Positions 1 through 14,330 of a DNA stretch of 64,000 nt are shown one piece after another. The notes under the pieces were generated by a model, which had not been told where the DNA came from, searched no databases, and worked only from the letters and a program-made list of their open reading frames with translations. Numbering within the stretch: position 1 is the stretch's first letter; the number at the start of each line of letters is the position of its first letter. Origin of the DNA: Hamiltosporidium tvaerminnensis FI-OER-3-3 (taxonomy: Eukaryota; Fungi; Microsporidia); contig JAKIMF020000007.1 of the NCBI GenBank assembly GCA_022605425.2, positions 992,001 to 1,056,000 of the forward strand, written 5' to 3'. A program made the translations under genes and the position numbers.

Positions 1-334
1 CAACACGACTGTTTTCAATAGGTTATATACCAAAACATTCCCCATTAGATTGTTTCCTATCCAAAATGTTGTTGCCAGTAGTTAGTCATGATACCGCTGT
101 AGAACATTGTACATAATTTTGTTTAATCACAGCTATTTCTTTCCGTCTGATTTCTTATATTGCAAATTTCAATTTCATATTTCTATAGTTCACTGGATAG
201 ATGTCATAATCCACCTTGTCAGAAAAATCTGCGGACATTCGATGTTCAATATAATTAAACATTTCTTCTTATTTTTTTATTTGATTTGTTTTATGAATTT
301 TTATTATTTGTTTCTTTTTAGTAAACCTATTATT

Positions 335-1064
335 TTTATTTAAAAGTATCACATCTTTTTTAAAACAGTGGCAAGTGTTATATTTGTTTTCATGACATTA
401 ACGCAGTTCTAGGTTTAACATAAATAACTGCTACCCCAACACTCCATCGGTAACCCCTGCGATACCTACGTCCCAAAGCCTTTCATCTACCAAATGTGTA
501 GAACCTAATTAATAGGCGAGGCAGTTGCCCGGAGTTCGTTAATGTCCGTTGCATGGAGTGTGATCGAAGGCCGAAGCCCTCCCTGAGCTCCCCCCCAAGA
601 CTATGCAGCATTCCCACTTACTCTACACTTTCTGAACCCAATAAACTTCTAGCTAAGATATATTTCAGAGATTTACATGGGGTCCACCTAGACAGTGCAA
701 TGTCATACCACCAGGTATAACCTGCTACTTAGCTTTCCTGGCTTTATATGGTTTTTTGTTTTGTATCTCCCAGGCGCTAAGTCTTCTAACCCGAGTGAGC
801 AAGGCTAGGTTTCCATGCTTTTACATGGCAATTACCTACATGTTCAGCTGCGGTCTGCAATCTGGTTACATAAAAAACTACAAATAAATTTGTAGAAAAA
901 GTTTCTCCATCTCTTAGACCTCCCCTCCTCATAACAACTCCCATGGAACAACCAAAGTTGTAGTGTGGTTTTATTCCCACCAAAAATCCAAACAATGATC
1001 TCACACCAGTTTCACACACTCTTTGCCAATTAGAAAGTTTTTTATGTAGTTATCCTCCCTCCAC
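335..1064 (-). mobile_element. ~720-nt structured non-coding retroposon (SINE-like family 1), young copy
   Basis: Near-identical to 23089-23813 and 53554-54283. On the minus strand it runs GTGGAGGGAGGATAA...GTGATACTTTTAAATAAA. Flanks are a degenerate direct repeat (ctttttagtaa...tatta). Confidence 0.85.
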
Positions 1065-1299
1065 TGCTTTTTAGTAATAATATTATATTTTTATGAGATA
1101 AGAGTTTTAGCTGTATGCACCAGCCTTCTTCTTATTACGGGCTTGGAGCCCGCAGAGAAGAATCAATCGTATCCGGCTAGGTTTTTTATAATCCTTATGG
1201 ATCTTATATCATTCAATTATAAACTTGGACAACTTTAAACGGTGCTTCACGAGACAATTACTTTAAAATTTTAAAAACACTAGAATTTTTTTTCCTTTA

Positions 1300-2800
1300 T
1301 TAGGTTTACATGAGAAAAGGTTAAAACATAAAATTTATTTGGAATTAAAAAATACCGACCAGAAGTTTACAAAAGAATATGAATTTAGAATATTTATGAA
1401 TACATAGATTTTATACTTAATATTAAGAAAATGTATCTTATTTTTTCTATTTTCATAGATAAAGAAACAAATAACAAGGAAATCAATGTTTTTTTTCAAA
1501 ATTACATTGCATGCAGAAAAATTGTGTATTCATTTTTTGAGAAGAACCGAAGATTTTTTTTTCAAAAAACTTAAAAATATTAAAATTAAAATGCAATTTT
1601 ACAGCAGAATATTTAAAATCACTTTTGAGTTTTTGCACAAGAAATGAGAGGCTAACAATCAAGGCTAATTATATTGATTTTGAAAGTTAGGGGTTATTTG
1701 GTCATTTTCTATCCAGAATCGTAATACATCTTGGAAGATTTTGGTTTCGTTTATGTGTTGCCGGATATAAATTGTGAGTTTTCTAATATTTACCTAATAC
1801 ATTTTATTAATCGTAAGAATGCGAATAGAAACTCATAATATGAGGAAATTCTTTTGAAATGCATAGAATTTCTCAAAATTCTTATTATTATAGACATACA
1901 GAAAATTTAAGAATATTCATTAAAGGTGTGTTTTTAGCATTTTTCCATGTTAAATCCATCATCAAATTTAATTTTAACTTGGTTTCTCGCCTTATTGAAT
2001 TGAGATTAAATATTAAAATTTCTAAGATACTTTAGAACCGTCAGATGTTTTTCTTTGGAAAATATTATTATGATTAATGAATTATTTATGAGTTTTTGAA
2101 TAAAATACAATAAAATTTTAAGGTTTACCAAGGTTTTTCTATAGAAAGTTCTAAGTACATTTCTGATGATACACTAATCAATCGAAAATTAGAGGACATT
2201 CTTCTATTTCATTCAATATCAGATGTTGATATAAGCGTCTTTGGTACTTAAGTAGATTTAAACACGTCTCAAGTTTGAAATTTACAAATATATATAAAGA
2301 TCGCATATTATTGCTGAAAAACGATCTTTAATCATTTTTTTTGTACATTAAAATGCATTTGAATTGTGTAGGAATTGAATCATTCAAAATTATGAAAAAA
2401 AAATAATTTTCTTGAAATTTTCCGAAATAAACGATATCACAAACTTTGTAAAATATTCTATCATGTTCGTGATATTGTTGAAATAAAGGATCACATGTTC
2501 AGCCAAACCTCAAATTTTACATTTATTTTCATAGTAATCTTCGATGCTAATGCGTGCATTGATTGTGAAAAACTGTTTTTTAGTTTTAATTAATCGATAT
2601 TATTGAAAATGTTGCTATATATGTTAGAAGATTAAAAAGAGAGATATCAATTTTTTAAAGAAAAATAAGAATTTAAAAACATTTAATTTCAGTGTAATAA
2701 TTAATCATGATATAATTTCAAGCATCGAAAAAAAAAAGAATTTTAGGGACCTCATGATTATATTTGAATAACCTTTTCGAGCCAAAAGATTAGATGAAAT
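1300..2800 (+). pseudogene. Probable decayed lineage-specific protein gene
   Basis: Codon-like stretches such as LKHKIYLELKNTDQKFTKEYEFRIFMNT* are broken by many stops and frameshifts. No domain recognised. Confidence 0.3.
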
Positions 2801-5249
2801 AAGTAATATCTGAATTCGGAATTTTAAACAAACTATTATTAAATAATTAAGCTTCATTTAAAATGCAAATAAAAAAGTTAGTGCTGGATTCCTATTGTTT
2901 TGCATTTGATTTTTGTGCCAAGTATTTTCGTTAGCATAATTCTCATCTGAAACTTTATATGATAAATTATTTTCATTATATTTTCAATTATAAAATATAT
3001 TTGAGGATTATTCTCTTTCAGCTCAGATTTTATTTGAATTTTACTATCAAAAGAATAATAAATTCTAATTAACAATATAAGGTAATTTATCAAATTTAGA
3101 GTAATATCTACTCCTTGAAACGAAGGCAACGTGTTTTCTATCTTAGTTGCATACTTTGTTAATCCCGACAAGAATACCCTTGATAACTAACATCGTTTAA
3201 ATAATCGGAAAATCGATTATTTAATCGAATGAGCACGACGAATTCAACGGCAAAGACTAACTCGAAATGTTTAATGGGCTTTCTAATTAGCATACCAATG
3301 AAACTGTTATAATTAAGAAAAGAACATTATGATGTGTTTATAAATCTTAAACAACCTACAATGATTCTAGAAGTAGAGCAGAAAATACATTGAAAGATTT
3401 GATTGGTTCAAAAGAATATTTGCATTAATCATAGTACAGAAAACATTCTAGAGCGTACTAGAAATTATTAAAACATTACTACAAATATTTTTTTTACTTT
3501 TTGTGGTTTTACTGGTCAAAATAAAAATCGATCTAATCATTTTTCAGATTTTTCCAAAAATCATTTTTAACTACAAATACTTAATAATAAGATTATCATT
3601 TTTTTTGCTTTTTTTCTTAGTAATTGATTATGTTTTTATTAAAGATTGCATAAAATAATTATTGCTCGAATAATCTCATGAGATTTTATACCTGAAGAAC
3701 TGAAAACATTCTTTAAAAAAAATAGCGAATCTATAAAAATGTTTAATATTATTACATCATGACGCCTAAAATTTTTTTGTGCGCCAAATTAAACGCTTCA
3801 CATATCGCAACTTAACAAAAAAGCGAAATTTGATATAGTTAGACGATTCAGTTGAATGATTATTAAAAAGAAATAAAAAGATAAAGCCATTGAATGTTTA
3901 GAATCAAATAAAACATAAAATAAAAGGTACTACGATTAAAAAGATCGCAGAGTTTCATCTGAAGAGTTACAAAGGCGGTATAAATTCGGAAATGAAAGTC
4001 TAAAAAAATATTTTAGTAAATAAATTAGGTTGGGGTGTGCAAGCTCTATTAAAATTAAGACGAAATTATAGCTCAGAAAATGAGTATAAGAAAAATAACT
4101 GATTATTTTTAATTTTTTTCGCGAATGTAAAATTAAATCCGTTTTTACGGGCTCAATGGCTATTTATGATTTAAAAGAAATAATACCGCCGTTTTTTAAA
4201 ATTATATGCAAAAAAACAAAATCTCTACTTAATTAAGATTTTTGTGTAAATTTTTTGCATGCGCTTAAGAAATCGTAATCAAAAAAAATATAGTATATTG
4301 GCGTAAATTGGAACGATAAATTTCTTTTTTGCATTTTTTCTTTCTTGAATTTTATTATGTAAGGTGTTTTCGTTGGTATGGTCTTCAATATTCAAGATGC
4401 TCTTTTGCTTTTTTTAATTATATGAATTACAGGCCATATTTCACCCGTTATCGCCTTAATTATTTTAGAAATAGCTATAAACCAATTTAAATCACTCCTT
4501 TGAAGATTTATGTGGCTCGTTTTAAATACGATATTTGTGCCAATTACACGCATAAAAATTGATTTGTCGCATATCCTTTGATATATTTCCTAAAGTTGCT
4601 CATTCAAATCATTTTTATGTGTTTTCGAGCCAAAAATATTATTTTTAGAATATCTTGCTCAATTAGTTCAATTCGCAAAAATTTCTCCATTTTTTCACTT
4701 TTAAAATATTTAGGAACAAAGCAATTTTCTTTTCGAAGCATACAGGCTGCTTTTAAGTTACTGTCGGTTGTACAATAGGTTTGTAAACTATGAACATGTA
4801 TGGCAAAATTTGTTGAGTTATCTAGATATTACATATCTTTGAAAGCAACTAAATGTACTATAAGAATAAATGAAATGCTAAATCTGGGCATGAAAGCTTC
4901 AAGGAAAAATATTATATTATTATTTTTGTTTCATTACTTTTTGTCTCTTTAATCCTTTGATTGTTTTTTCTTTCCATAAAGTTAATAAACGTCATATGTA
5001 TACCTTACTATGGGTTAATATATGGCATTTTATGAGATTAGAGTGACAAAATATGACAATAAACACATTTTAACCTCATGTATATAGATAGGTACAGCTT
5101 CTCTCCTATCTTCCTTAAATTCAAAAAAAAAAAACATTTCTGATATCCAGGCAAAAGATTCGGAAATAATGTGGTTAAAAATGAGAATAGCATTTTCGAG
5201 AGATTATAACACCAATTAAATGTATTTTATGTTCTATTTTTTTTCATAT

Positions 5250-5955
5250 TGATCTACATTTCTTTAATATTTTTTATAAAAAATTTACAAATGCTAATTT
5301 ATTTAAACGAAATCTCGTTTAACAAATTTTCTCTCTTTTTTAATTTTCTCTTTCATTATTTTAACTAATTCATCATCTTCCTCTGCATTTACTCTTTTTT
5401 TATATTTATGTTCGTTTATTTTCTGGGGGCGGCATCTTAAATAACGAGTAATATATATCCTGTATTTACTTTTACAGTGCATCAAACTCGTTCTACTTCT
5501 TTTAAAGAGCGTTTTGTTTTTTATGCCATTAAAATTATTGAATAACACCATATGACGTTTTTTCCAGCTCTCTTCTGTATGTAGTCTCGAAATGAGTAAT
5601 TTCCGTCGATCGTAGGAGATTTTTTGCTGTTTTCTTGAATACTATCGACTGAATGTTTTTATATGTATTCATGGGTATTTTAGTCTTTTAAAAACATTCC
5701 TTGGTTGATTCTACAATAACGCTTCTATTTATTAGATAAGTAATTACCTCGATATCCATTTGTACATTAACCAATTCATTTGCTTATGAGTCAGATTTCT
5801 TTAATTTGCTCTATTTCTTCTATTCGAAGTGATTCCTACGTCGATGAGTGCGATTTCATCTTTACTCTTTACTAAAATAGATGTTATCTAGTATATTTTT
5901 CCCAATATTTACATAAGATTTTATCTTGGTGACTCTTCGAATCTCTGCATAGTAT
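5250..5955 (-). mobile_element. Degraded 3' fragment (RLE domain and tail) of the non-LTR retrotransposon
   Basis: Segments ttccagctctcttc, cgtcgatc, ttcatgggtatttt and gtgattcctac match 17490-17800. Confidence 0.7.
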
Positions 5956-6179
5956 ATTTGATAAGTAATTATAATATCTAAAATAGAAACTTATTAAAGA
6001 AATACAAAGCTTAAATCTTGCAATTTGTTACTGTATATTTTTAACGGATGAAGTAAATTATGAATTAAATGAATCCAATTTTTACCGCTTCAATTAAATC
6101 AGCAGTTCTCTATTTTAAATTTTTGAAAATTATCATACCAGAATGAATTTATATCATAAATTAAAGAAAAGATATTTTA

Positions 6180-6599
6180 TTAGATACTATAATAATCTAA
6201 ATAGCATAAAGTAATCAAAATACCACCATCGAACAAAACCAACCCAAATAGAACCAGATTATATATAGATATTCCTTTCAAAACGAATCTCTTTACATTT
6301 GTATTCTCTAGAATAAAAAAAATTCCGAATAGGATTTTAAGTAATATATTAAATACCATAAGAATATTTGGTTTGATTGAATACCTAAATCTTAAAAACA
6401 TCATACAAACTAGTATTAAACCAATAATAATTTCAGAAATGCATAAAATACAGCTTACAGAGCGGTTCTTGTCGTTTTCTGTATTATTATCAAGATTTTC
6501 TTCGGAATATATATGTCTATTTTTATTTTGCTCATTTTTAAGTTCAATATCTACAGCCCCGGTATCTATTACGGATATATTGTCGGTTAACATGTTCAT
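6180..6599 (-). CDS. Hypothetical 139-aa membrane protein (about 3 TM helices)
   Basis: ATG preceded by ACC motif (acaccttaaATG). Polar N-terminus followed by three hydrophobic segments. Confidence 0.65.
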   Translation of the reverse strand: MNMLTDNISVIDTGAVDIELKNEQNKNRHIYSEENLDNNTENDKNRSVSCILCISEIIIGLILVCMMFLRFRYSIKPNILMVFNILLKILFGIFFILENTNVKRFVLKGISIYNLVLFGLVLFDGGILITLCYLDYYSI

Positions 6600-7159
6600 T
6601 TAAGGTGTTTAAAATTTCCGTATTTTTCATGAATAAATTACCATATGTAAGAATATATATTACAAAAAAAGAAAAAAAGCTTAAGTTGCGGTTCCAGGTA
6701 ATTAACAAATCACTATAAAAAGAACATTAATTACAAAAAATTATGTGAAAAATTGTTTTATTTTTTTATATGTGAAGTTTTCATATTATTGCTTTCGATC
6801 TATTTTGCTCATTTTTAATCTTCTATTCTCAAATATATTCTTTTGGTAAGTAATACGACCTCGTGCTATACCAATTGTAACATCTCTCTTATTTTCCTAT
6901 AAAACCTTAAAATAGTCTTAAATTATAATAAATTGAACCTGAAAAAGTAGCAACGGAACTATTGAAGATTAAATAAAAATATATTATAAGTATTTATTTT
7001 CATTTATAGGTTCTAATTTGCCAATATATCAATTCATATTGTACTATATAGAGAGTCATTTCCATAAATACGCACCTATACTAAAATAACAATATGCAAA
7101 GAAAATATTCACAAGAAAAAAATAAAAAACCAGAAAAAACAAAGAAAAAAACGAGAAAA

Positions 7160-7881
7160 TTTATTTAAAAATATTCCATCTTTTTGAATCAGTGGCATAG
7201 TACATTTTTTTATGAAATTAACGCAGTTCTAGGGGTCACATCTAATTGCTCCCCAACACTCCATCAGTATTCCCTATGGTACCTAAATGTCAAAGCTTTT
7301 CATCTAAAAGATATGTAGAACCTATTTAATAAGCGAGGCAGTTGCCCGGAATTCTAGAATTTCTGTCGCATGGAGTTTTATCGAAGGCTGAAGCCCTTTC
7401 CGGGCTCCCTAAAAAACAATGCAGCATTCTTACTTACTCTCAGTTATGCACTTAATAACCTGCAGCTGATATATATACCAGCAATTTAAATGTGGTCATC
7501 TTAGATAGTAAATCTCCTACCAACAGGTATAAGCCGCTGCTTAACTTTTCCGGCTTTGAAAGGGTTTTTTTTTAATCACCAGGCGCTAGGTCTTCTAACT
7601 CGAGTGTGCAAAGCCAGATTTTCATGCAAGAGCATGGAAATTACCTACAAGTTCCGCTCGAAGTCTACAATCAGTCTGGTTTTATAAAAAAAGTTGAAAA
7701 TATATTTGTAGAATTTTTTTTGCCATTCCATAGAATTTCCTTGCTGATAAAAATTTCCATGGAACAGCCGAAAATCTAGTTATTTTTATTCCCGCTAATA
7801 AACCAAACAATGATTTCATAGACAGCTTCACATATTTATTGTCAATTAGAAAGTTTTTATTGTGATTATTCTAACTCTACT
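7160..7881 (-). mobile_element. SINE-like family 1, diverged full-length copy
   Basis: Colinear with 335-1064 (ttaacgcagttctagg, gaggcagttgcccgg, caacaggtataa, caattagaaagttttt). Confidence 0.8.
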
Positions 7882-7914
7882 GAAAAACAAGAAAAAAAGA
7901 AAAAATTTCTGGTA

Positions 7915-10900
7915 AGAATTATTTTCAAACTTTTATTGATTTCTGTCTCCTCATGTATCACCATATTTTTTTTAAAGTCGAATGTTCATCTAATGTTTAT
8001 TGTTGGTTCCTCTAATGTTCTTCCGTATGAAATAAGGGATCCATTATTTTTTTATCATGTTTAACACTATCCTGCATGGACAGTCGTTTCTTTTATAGAA
8101 TGTGTTGGTTCCTCTTAGATCTCAGCTCTCTTAATAACACCCATTGACGTTCTTTTTCAGCGTTCTTCGGCATTTGGTCCTGACTCAAGTCTTCTTCGTC
8201 CATCAAAAGAATTGTTTCACCGTCTTCTTGAGTACTAATGATCGTATATATGCCTCTAGAATCACGAGTATTTGCAGTCTTTTAACATATGTCTTAAGGT
8301 ATTTTGTTCATTACCGTCTAAGACCATCATATAGCGGATAATCTCAACACTATACCTATAAATAAGACCCAAATCATTTTCTAATATGCCATACTTCCTA
8401 AGTTTTTCAGTTTCAACTATTTGAAGTGAATGAGAAGAAATAATTCTTACTTCAATAAGTGTTATCCTATTTTCTCTCTTATTAAAAATAAATATGTCGG
8501 GGCTATTATTCTGAATCTTGGCATTGGTCTTATTTTGGTTCACTTATTTCTCTGCATATTCGTTTTCAAGAATTTCTTAGGCCCGTGGCTTCTATTTCGT
8601 TTTAAATACTTAAATTTATATATATTTAGAAAAAGAAGGCACAGTCATCTAACCGCTTCATTATGCCGTCTGGTATAGTTATGCCCGAGCATTTTCTCAC
8701 ATTGAGCCGCTAAAATATCTACTTTTATAAAAAAATTAAATAAATGTTGACACAATTTTTGCTCCTTAGAATATTATCTATCCTGGATATAGCAGAACAC
8801 TGCTTCATCTCGTGACCTGATGTTTTCTTTCATTAGCCAGTAGAAGAGTCCTTAACACATCAAGTTTATTTTTTCTTGTCTTATATAACTTTGAATAAAT
8901 TTTGCGTTTTTCAAATTCTTTATATAGTTTTGCCAGTTGAGCTTATTCTAAATTATTCTTAGTGTCATTTTCTTCCAAAATAATTCAAACTTCTAAGAAG
9001 TTCTTTATCAGTGCAAGATTGGTTTCATTAGTATCGCATCTATAGGATTGCTGCTCTTCAAGTTAATATTTCTTTACTTTTTTTCTGGAGAATCCTAGAG
9101 TTTAGAAGCATATGTTCGCTTTTAATATAACACTTCGTATGCCTCTTCCAAGTTCTGTCTGGGACGGTAGAGACGTTCTTTACCTCTGGCGAATATGTAA
9201 TTATTTCTTAAAAAATACGGCACGCATTGTATCATCCAGCTTAAAAAAAGTCCGCAGTTTAAAGTCAAAGACATTCCATATTGATTGTTTATTAAAGATC
9301 ATAGCAAGTTGAAAAATTTCAGGAAATATTTTTTTTGCATTTCATCAAGTGCGAAAAATTATTTCAACTCTTGATTTGAGTTTGCTTCGTACTATTTCTA
9401 ACGAGCTATATGTCGGATTACTTCTACTATACTCTATTATTCCCAAATATTTATAAACACGAAAAACTTTTAGAAGATTAGATTATATTCGAAAACGTAT
9501 CTTCTATAGCCAACTTAGCTCTATTTAATTCTAAGCCAATCAGATTAAAAAGTCTTTAATCTTACATTTCATGTATCATAGCGTTAAAAAGTCTGTTTCA
9601 AGAGGTTTAAGATGCTCAATAAACAAAAAGTGGTTGTATGTGCTAATCTGCATCATTATGTATTGCCATTTTGCATATTTCTAATTGAGTTTGGGACTTA
9701 ACGGATCCATACACAAAACAAAAAGCAAAGGTAAAAAACCATTCTTTTTTAAAAATATTTTTCTCAATCTTCTTGCTTATAATTTTATTAAGCCCTACTG
9801 ATATATCAATAAACAATTTTGATATTATTACCTTAATAAAATTTAGGATTTATTTAGTAAAATCAGGTTTGATATTGAGTTAAATATGCAGGATAGACTT
9901 ATTCGATTGCTCTATGTAACAATCCATGTCTTTTTAATGTTGTTCTATACCATTTTTAAGAGCAATATTCAGAAGAGCAGTTTCTTTCGCTCCTTGCGAC
10001 ACCTTATAGTATAATTGGTTCTTTGCAAGCAATCCTCGTAAGCTTGACTCTATGTTAAACGACTTTTGCTGTATATTTCGTCCTTTACTTATAGAGGTGG
10101 AACATATAAGCAATTGTCGTGAAGTCATAGCCTCTTTGATGAATTTCTTTTGGAATCAAATACATGAGCCTTTAGAAAAACCAATCAGCTTAAAAATAAC
10201 CTTCTACATAAATAAGTTGCCTATATCATAAGAATATCTATAAAAATTTGTTAGATTCTTAATGAAGAAATGTTAAATAACATCGATTCGCGCAGCATTC
10301 GATTTTAGTTTGCCGATTAATGATATTTACACATTCATCAAGTGAATGAAACTAGGTCGGATGATTATATGATGCAAATGAGATCATGTAATTATCATAC
10401 GTGACTGTTTTGTAATTTTGTTCCACATTTTAGCACAAAAACTCATAATTCTAACCCCGAGTAAACATATGCTCGGTGTTAAAAGCTCAGATGACCCACG
10501 ATATAATTAGTCTCGAGACAGTGAGAACATAATATTCTCTTTTCGGAATTGCTCCCAAATTTCATAGCTAGTAACCCTTTTCCCGCATGAATTCAAAAAC
10601 GTATTCTTCTACACCAATCCCTCAGCAAATTTAGTTACACTGCTCAAGTTAAATAAAACTCTAACAATTTTTTTTTAAGGATTTTCGTGTCTATAGTATA
10701 GAGTTTTCGTGTCTATGAATCACCTCGAGAAGATCTTTGGATAGACATAATTTACAAACCTTACTTTCTAAGTTTTCATTCCAGGCGAATCTGGGCTTAT
10801 ATTTCGTGTTGCATCATCATAGCATACCTGGGCTTGTTGCATGATATAGGCGGCGTCCGTAATTGACTCGGGTACATGGCCCAGCATATTCACCGACTAC

Positions 10901-11635
10901 TCGATTTATGAAGTTTGGAACGGTACAATAACACATTCACCAGAATCTTTTCAGTTAGTTCTATCTTTTTTCAAATTTTCTTCTCTGATTGTCTTTGATG
11001 TATCTTAAAAATTTATCTCTCAGGTTTATGTACAGAGTGGTGTCGGTCAGAAGTATGAATCAATGGGACAGAGGCATTCTACGACGCTCTATATCCTTTT
11101 ATGATTTTACTTTCCCTCCATCTTATTTTGTGCTAATTTTTCCAACACGTCGAGCTTTACAGCGCAACCGAATTTCTCATTATAGTACCCGTGAAGCTCT
11201 GTCCAGCCATTTCTTGGCATTCTTTCAAACCTTGGCTGTACTGAAAAAAAACAATTCCCGGCCATTCTTTCGGACCAAGTATTACAAAATCGAGTAATTT
11301 GGGGAGTTCTATTAACCAGTTAACTTAAGAAATAGGTAAAGTACAGGTTTCACATTTTGTAGGATAGATCGCAGAATTAGACCGTAACCGAAGATGGGGA
11401 TGGTGTATTAGGCGAAAGTAAGGGGTTTCAGCCCGTATTTTGTGTGTTAATGCATGTTTCGCCTGGTTTTGAATGTGTTTTTTCGTATAGAAAGGATGGT
11501 ATATGATTCTCTGATGGTTTTTGACTTTTAATTTGTGCCAGTTTTACTATTTTTCACTTTATCGGCGTCGTTTGTAGCCGTTATTTTATTATTTTTTTGT
11601 TTTTTCTACCAACCTTTTTCTTATACCCATATAAT
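7915..11635 (-). mobile_element. Old, near full-length degraded RLE non-LTR retrotransposon
   Basis: Colinear with 46362-50138 from the 5' UTR through RT (ggatccatacacaa, ccctactgatatatcaat) to RLE (ORF 8262-8543: PDIFI..ITLIEV..EKLRKY). Many stops. Confidence 0.85.
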
Positions 11636-14330
11636 TTATAATATAACAACAAATAACATATATTTGTTTTCATAATATATACCATTTGAATATTCCAAGA
11701 AAAATAATACAAATGTCAACCTTTTCTAATTATATTACAACATCCGAGGTGTGAGACGCTTTTATATGAACAAATATTCGACTGAAGAGTAACACCCAAA
11801 ATTTGACAACTGAAATAATTCTTCTTATCGGCAGAAAATCAACTTAAAATTTTAAAATATTCGAAACTTCTGAGATAGAAATATATCATTTATTTTTCAA
11901 ACTGAAAAAATTAAACTTAATATATCGATATAAGAACATATGAAGTAAGAAGGTCTTAACTAAAATCCTAGAGTAAATGTAATATAACGAAAATTTCAAA
12001 CTAAATATATTATTAAATAAAAAATTTATCCTTTTGTTTTAAAGTTTATCTAAACTACTTACTAAGAAATTATCACGAATTTCGAATTCTAAAAAATAAA
12101 ATATCTTGGTAATAATACGCGAATGTCTTAATCAATCTAGATTCATTTGGAAACATTTTAATTACCTTAATCTCGAGAAATATTCGATTAAAAATGAAAC
12201 ATGTTTTTCTGAAAGAATTTAAACTACTAGTCCTTCGGCATTTGCAAACCCGACTCTCGGCGTTGGGCTTGATTTTTTCACATTAATTTGTATATGTATA
12301 ACAAAAACCTTATATTTTTTATATTCCAAAGATATTCACATATTATTGACAGGTTTAATTTTTTTTCTTAGTCGGTTTCTCATTAAATTAGTTATTTTTT
12401 TCATTTTAAATAAAATTTCAAACTATTTTTTTTTTGCTAAAACCCATTATATTATTGCATTATTTGTATCGTTTTCTTTAACATCTAACATAAATTTCCT
12501 ATCGATGATCTTGCGAACTTAAAGTTATTTTTAGAATATAACCTTTTAGCGAATATATTCTTTAATTATATGGTTGTTATATCTTGTTTTTACCCTAGCT
12601 TGCATTTTTATTTGTTTCATTAGCCTTTATTTATATTTAGTTTTTCTTTTCTATTTTGCTTCCAGATATTGATTTTACTATTTAAGTCATATTTTGGAAT
12701 CTTTAAATTTTGATATATGTTTGCCTAGACCATCTTGAAATTTGCGTATATAGTAATGAGGAGATAAACAACACTTAAATCAGTAAAATTTTTATGATTC
12801 TAGAGCAGTTTCTTGGCATATTGACCCGTGGGCCTCGAATTTTATTTTTTTTTCTGAAAATGAAAAAACAATGTTTCAAAATTTTTTTAAAAAAGCATCG
12901 GCTGAATATATGCTACCCTTTGTGCATGTATAACCAGGCTCACAGGGCAAATTTTATGATATTTGGTTGGAGTGTCTGCTCTGTGGGCATACAAGAAACC
13001 GCTCTTAAAAAAATATATTTAGATCCCAGTTTTGTTCTCAGGAAAAGTCTTACACTTTAGAATAATTATGATTTAAAAAGTTGAAATCTATTTAATTTAT
13101 TGATCAAAATCTATATGATAGCTCTAGATTTTGAATTTTGAAATCTGCTTTTGCTCAAATGTATTTCGTACTTCAGCGTATCATTGATAATAATTTTTTT
13201 AACAGAGTTTGACATAATCCAAGTTATAGAGTTAAATAAATATATATTTCTAAAAATTCAATACAAACATATTTCTGCATCATTTTGCTGTCGGATGTAG
13301 CCATGCTCGGGTGGTTCCGAATCTTATTGCAAATTCCCGCAATAATTTTCCTGAGTTTCACAATATTGACACTATACTTATTTCCAACCTTCAAAATATT
13401 TTCTATCTTATAAATAACATAAAATGCCTATTCAAGTCATTTGATTCGTACAGCCCCATTTAAATTATCTGAAAGGATCCTAGTACTACACATTATTTCG
13501 AGTTTAATGTGGCTTTCAATCGATTTTTTTGTTTGTTTATATAAATTCGCATACTTCGCTTTATTTTATACATCAATCGTTACATATTCTATTCTATTGG
13601 GAAATAATTATGTTGTTTCACTGGTTTTATAGCCCTTTTTAAACATTAGAAGCGAGGCTTTTCTGTTAGATTTTTTTTTGTTTTTTTACTGATAAGCACA
13701 AGTGATGACGAAGCAATTGTTTAGTATGCAAATCTACATTATTAGAGCGGTTAAAAATCCAAATTTAGTTTTATATATGCGCGCATTACATAATTATCTA
13801 GGAAGTACTTTTTTACACCATTTTTGCCCAGCTATGCCCCAATAAATACGATAAATTATTCGATAAAATCCCATAATTCTATGGAATATATATAAGGCGA
13901 ATTATTTCTATATTGTTTGAAGAAAATAAATTTGTGAATTTTATTTACGCGGATTAAGCTTGAAATACATTTATTAATGTTTAAAATAGCTCAATCATTA
14001 AGATAGTTTTCTCATTTAATATTTTAAAGATTGTACGATATTTTATTCATTCTTGAGCTAATATTGTTAAAATATATTTTTACTAGACTGAAAAGTTCTT
14101 TACCAAAAAATTACAGTCTTTAATTTATTATCTCTTAATTTTTTTCGCGCCGCGTAAAATAATAGCTCAGAGCAATATATCTTTAAATTATAAATGTTTT
14201 AAATTCATAATGTAAACTTAAAAAGTCAATAAGGAAACCACAAAGGAACATATATAATAATTAATGATTATTTCATAATTGTAGAATATGGTTTAAAATT
14301 TAGATAAAAGAAAAAAGATATTTTTTTTAA

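Noticed and set aside
786-1019. Recurrent 77-85 aa ORF MCETGVRSLFG... (also at 23510 and 54005)
   Set aside because: It has a GTG start, its C-terminus differs by frameshift between young copies, and it is absent in older copies. It is a by-product of the repeat.
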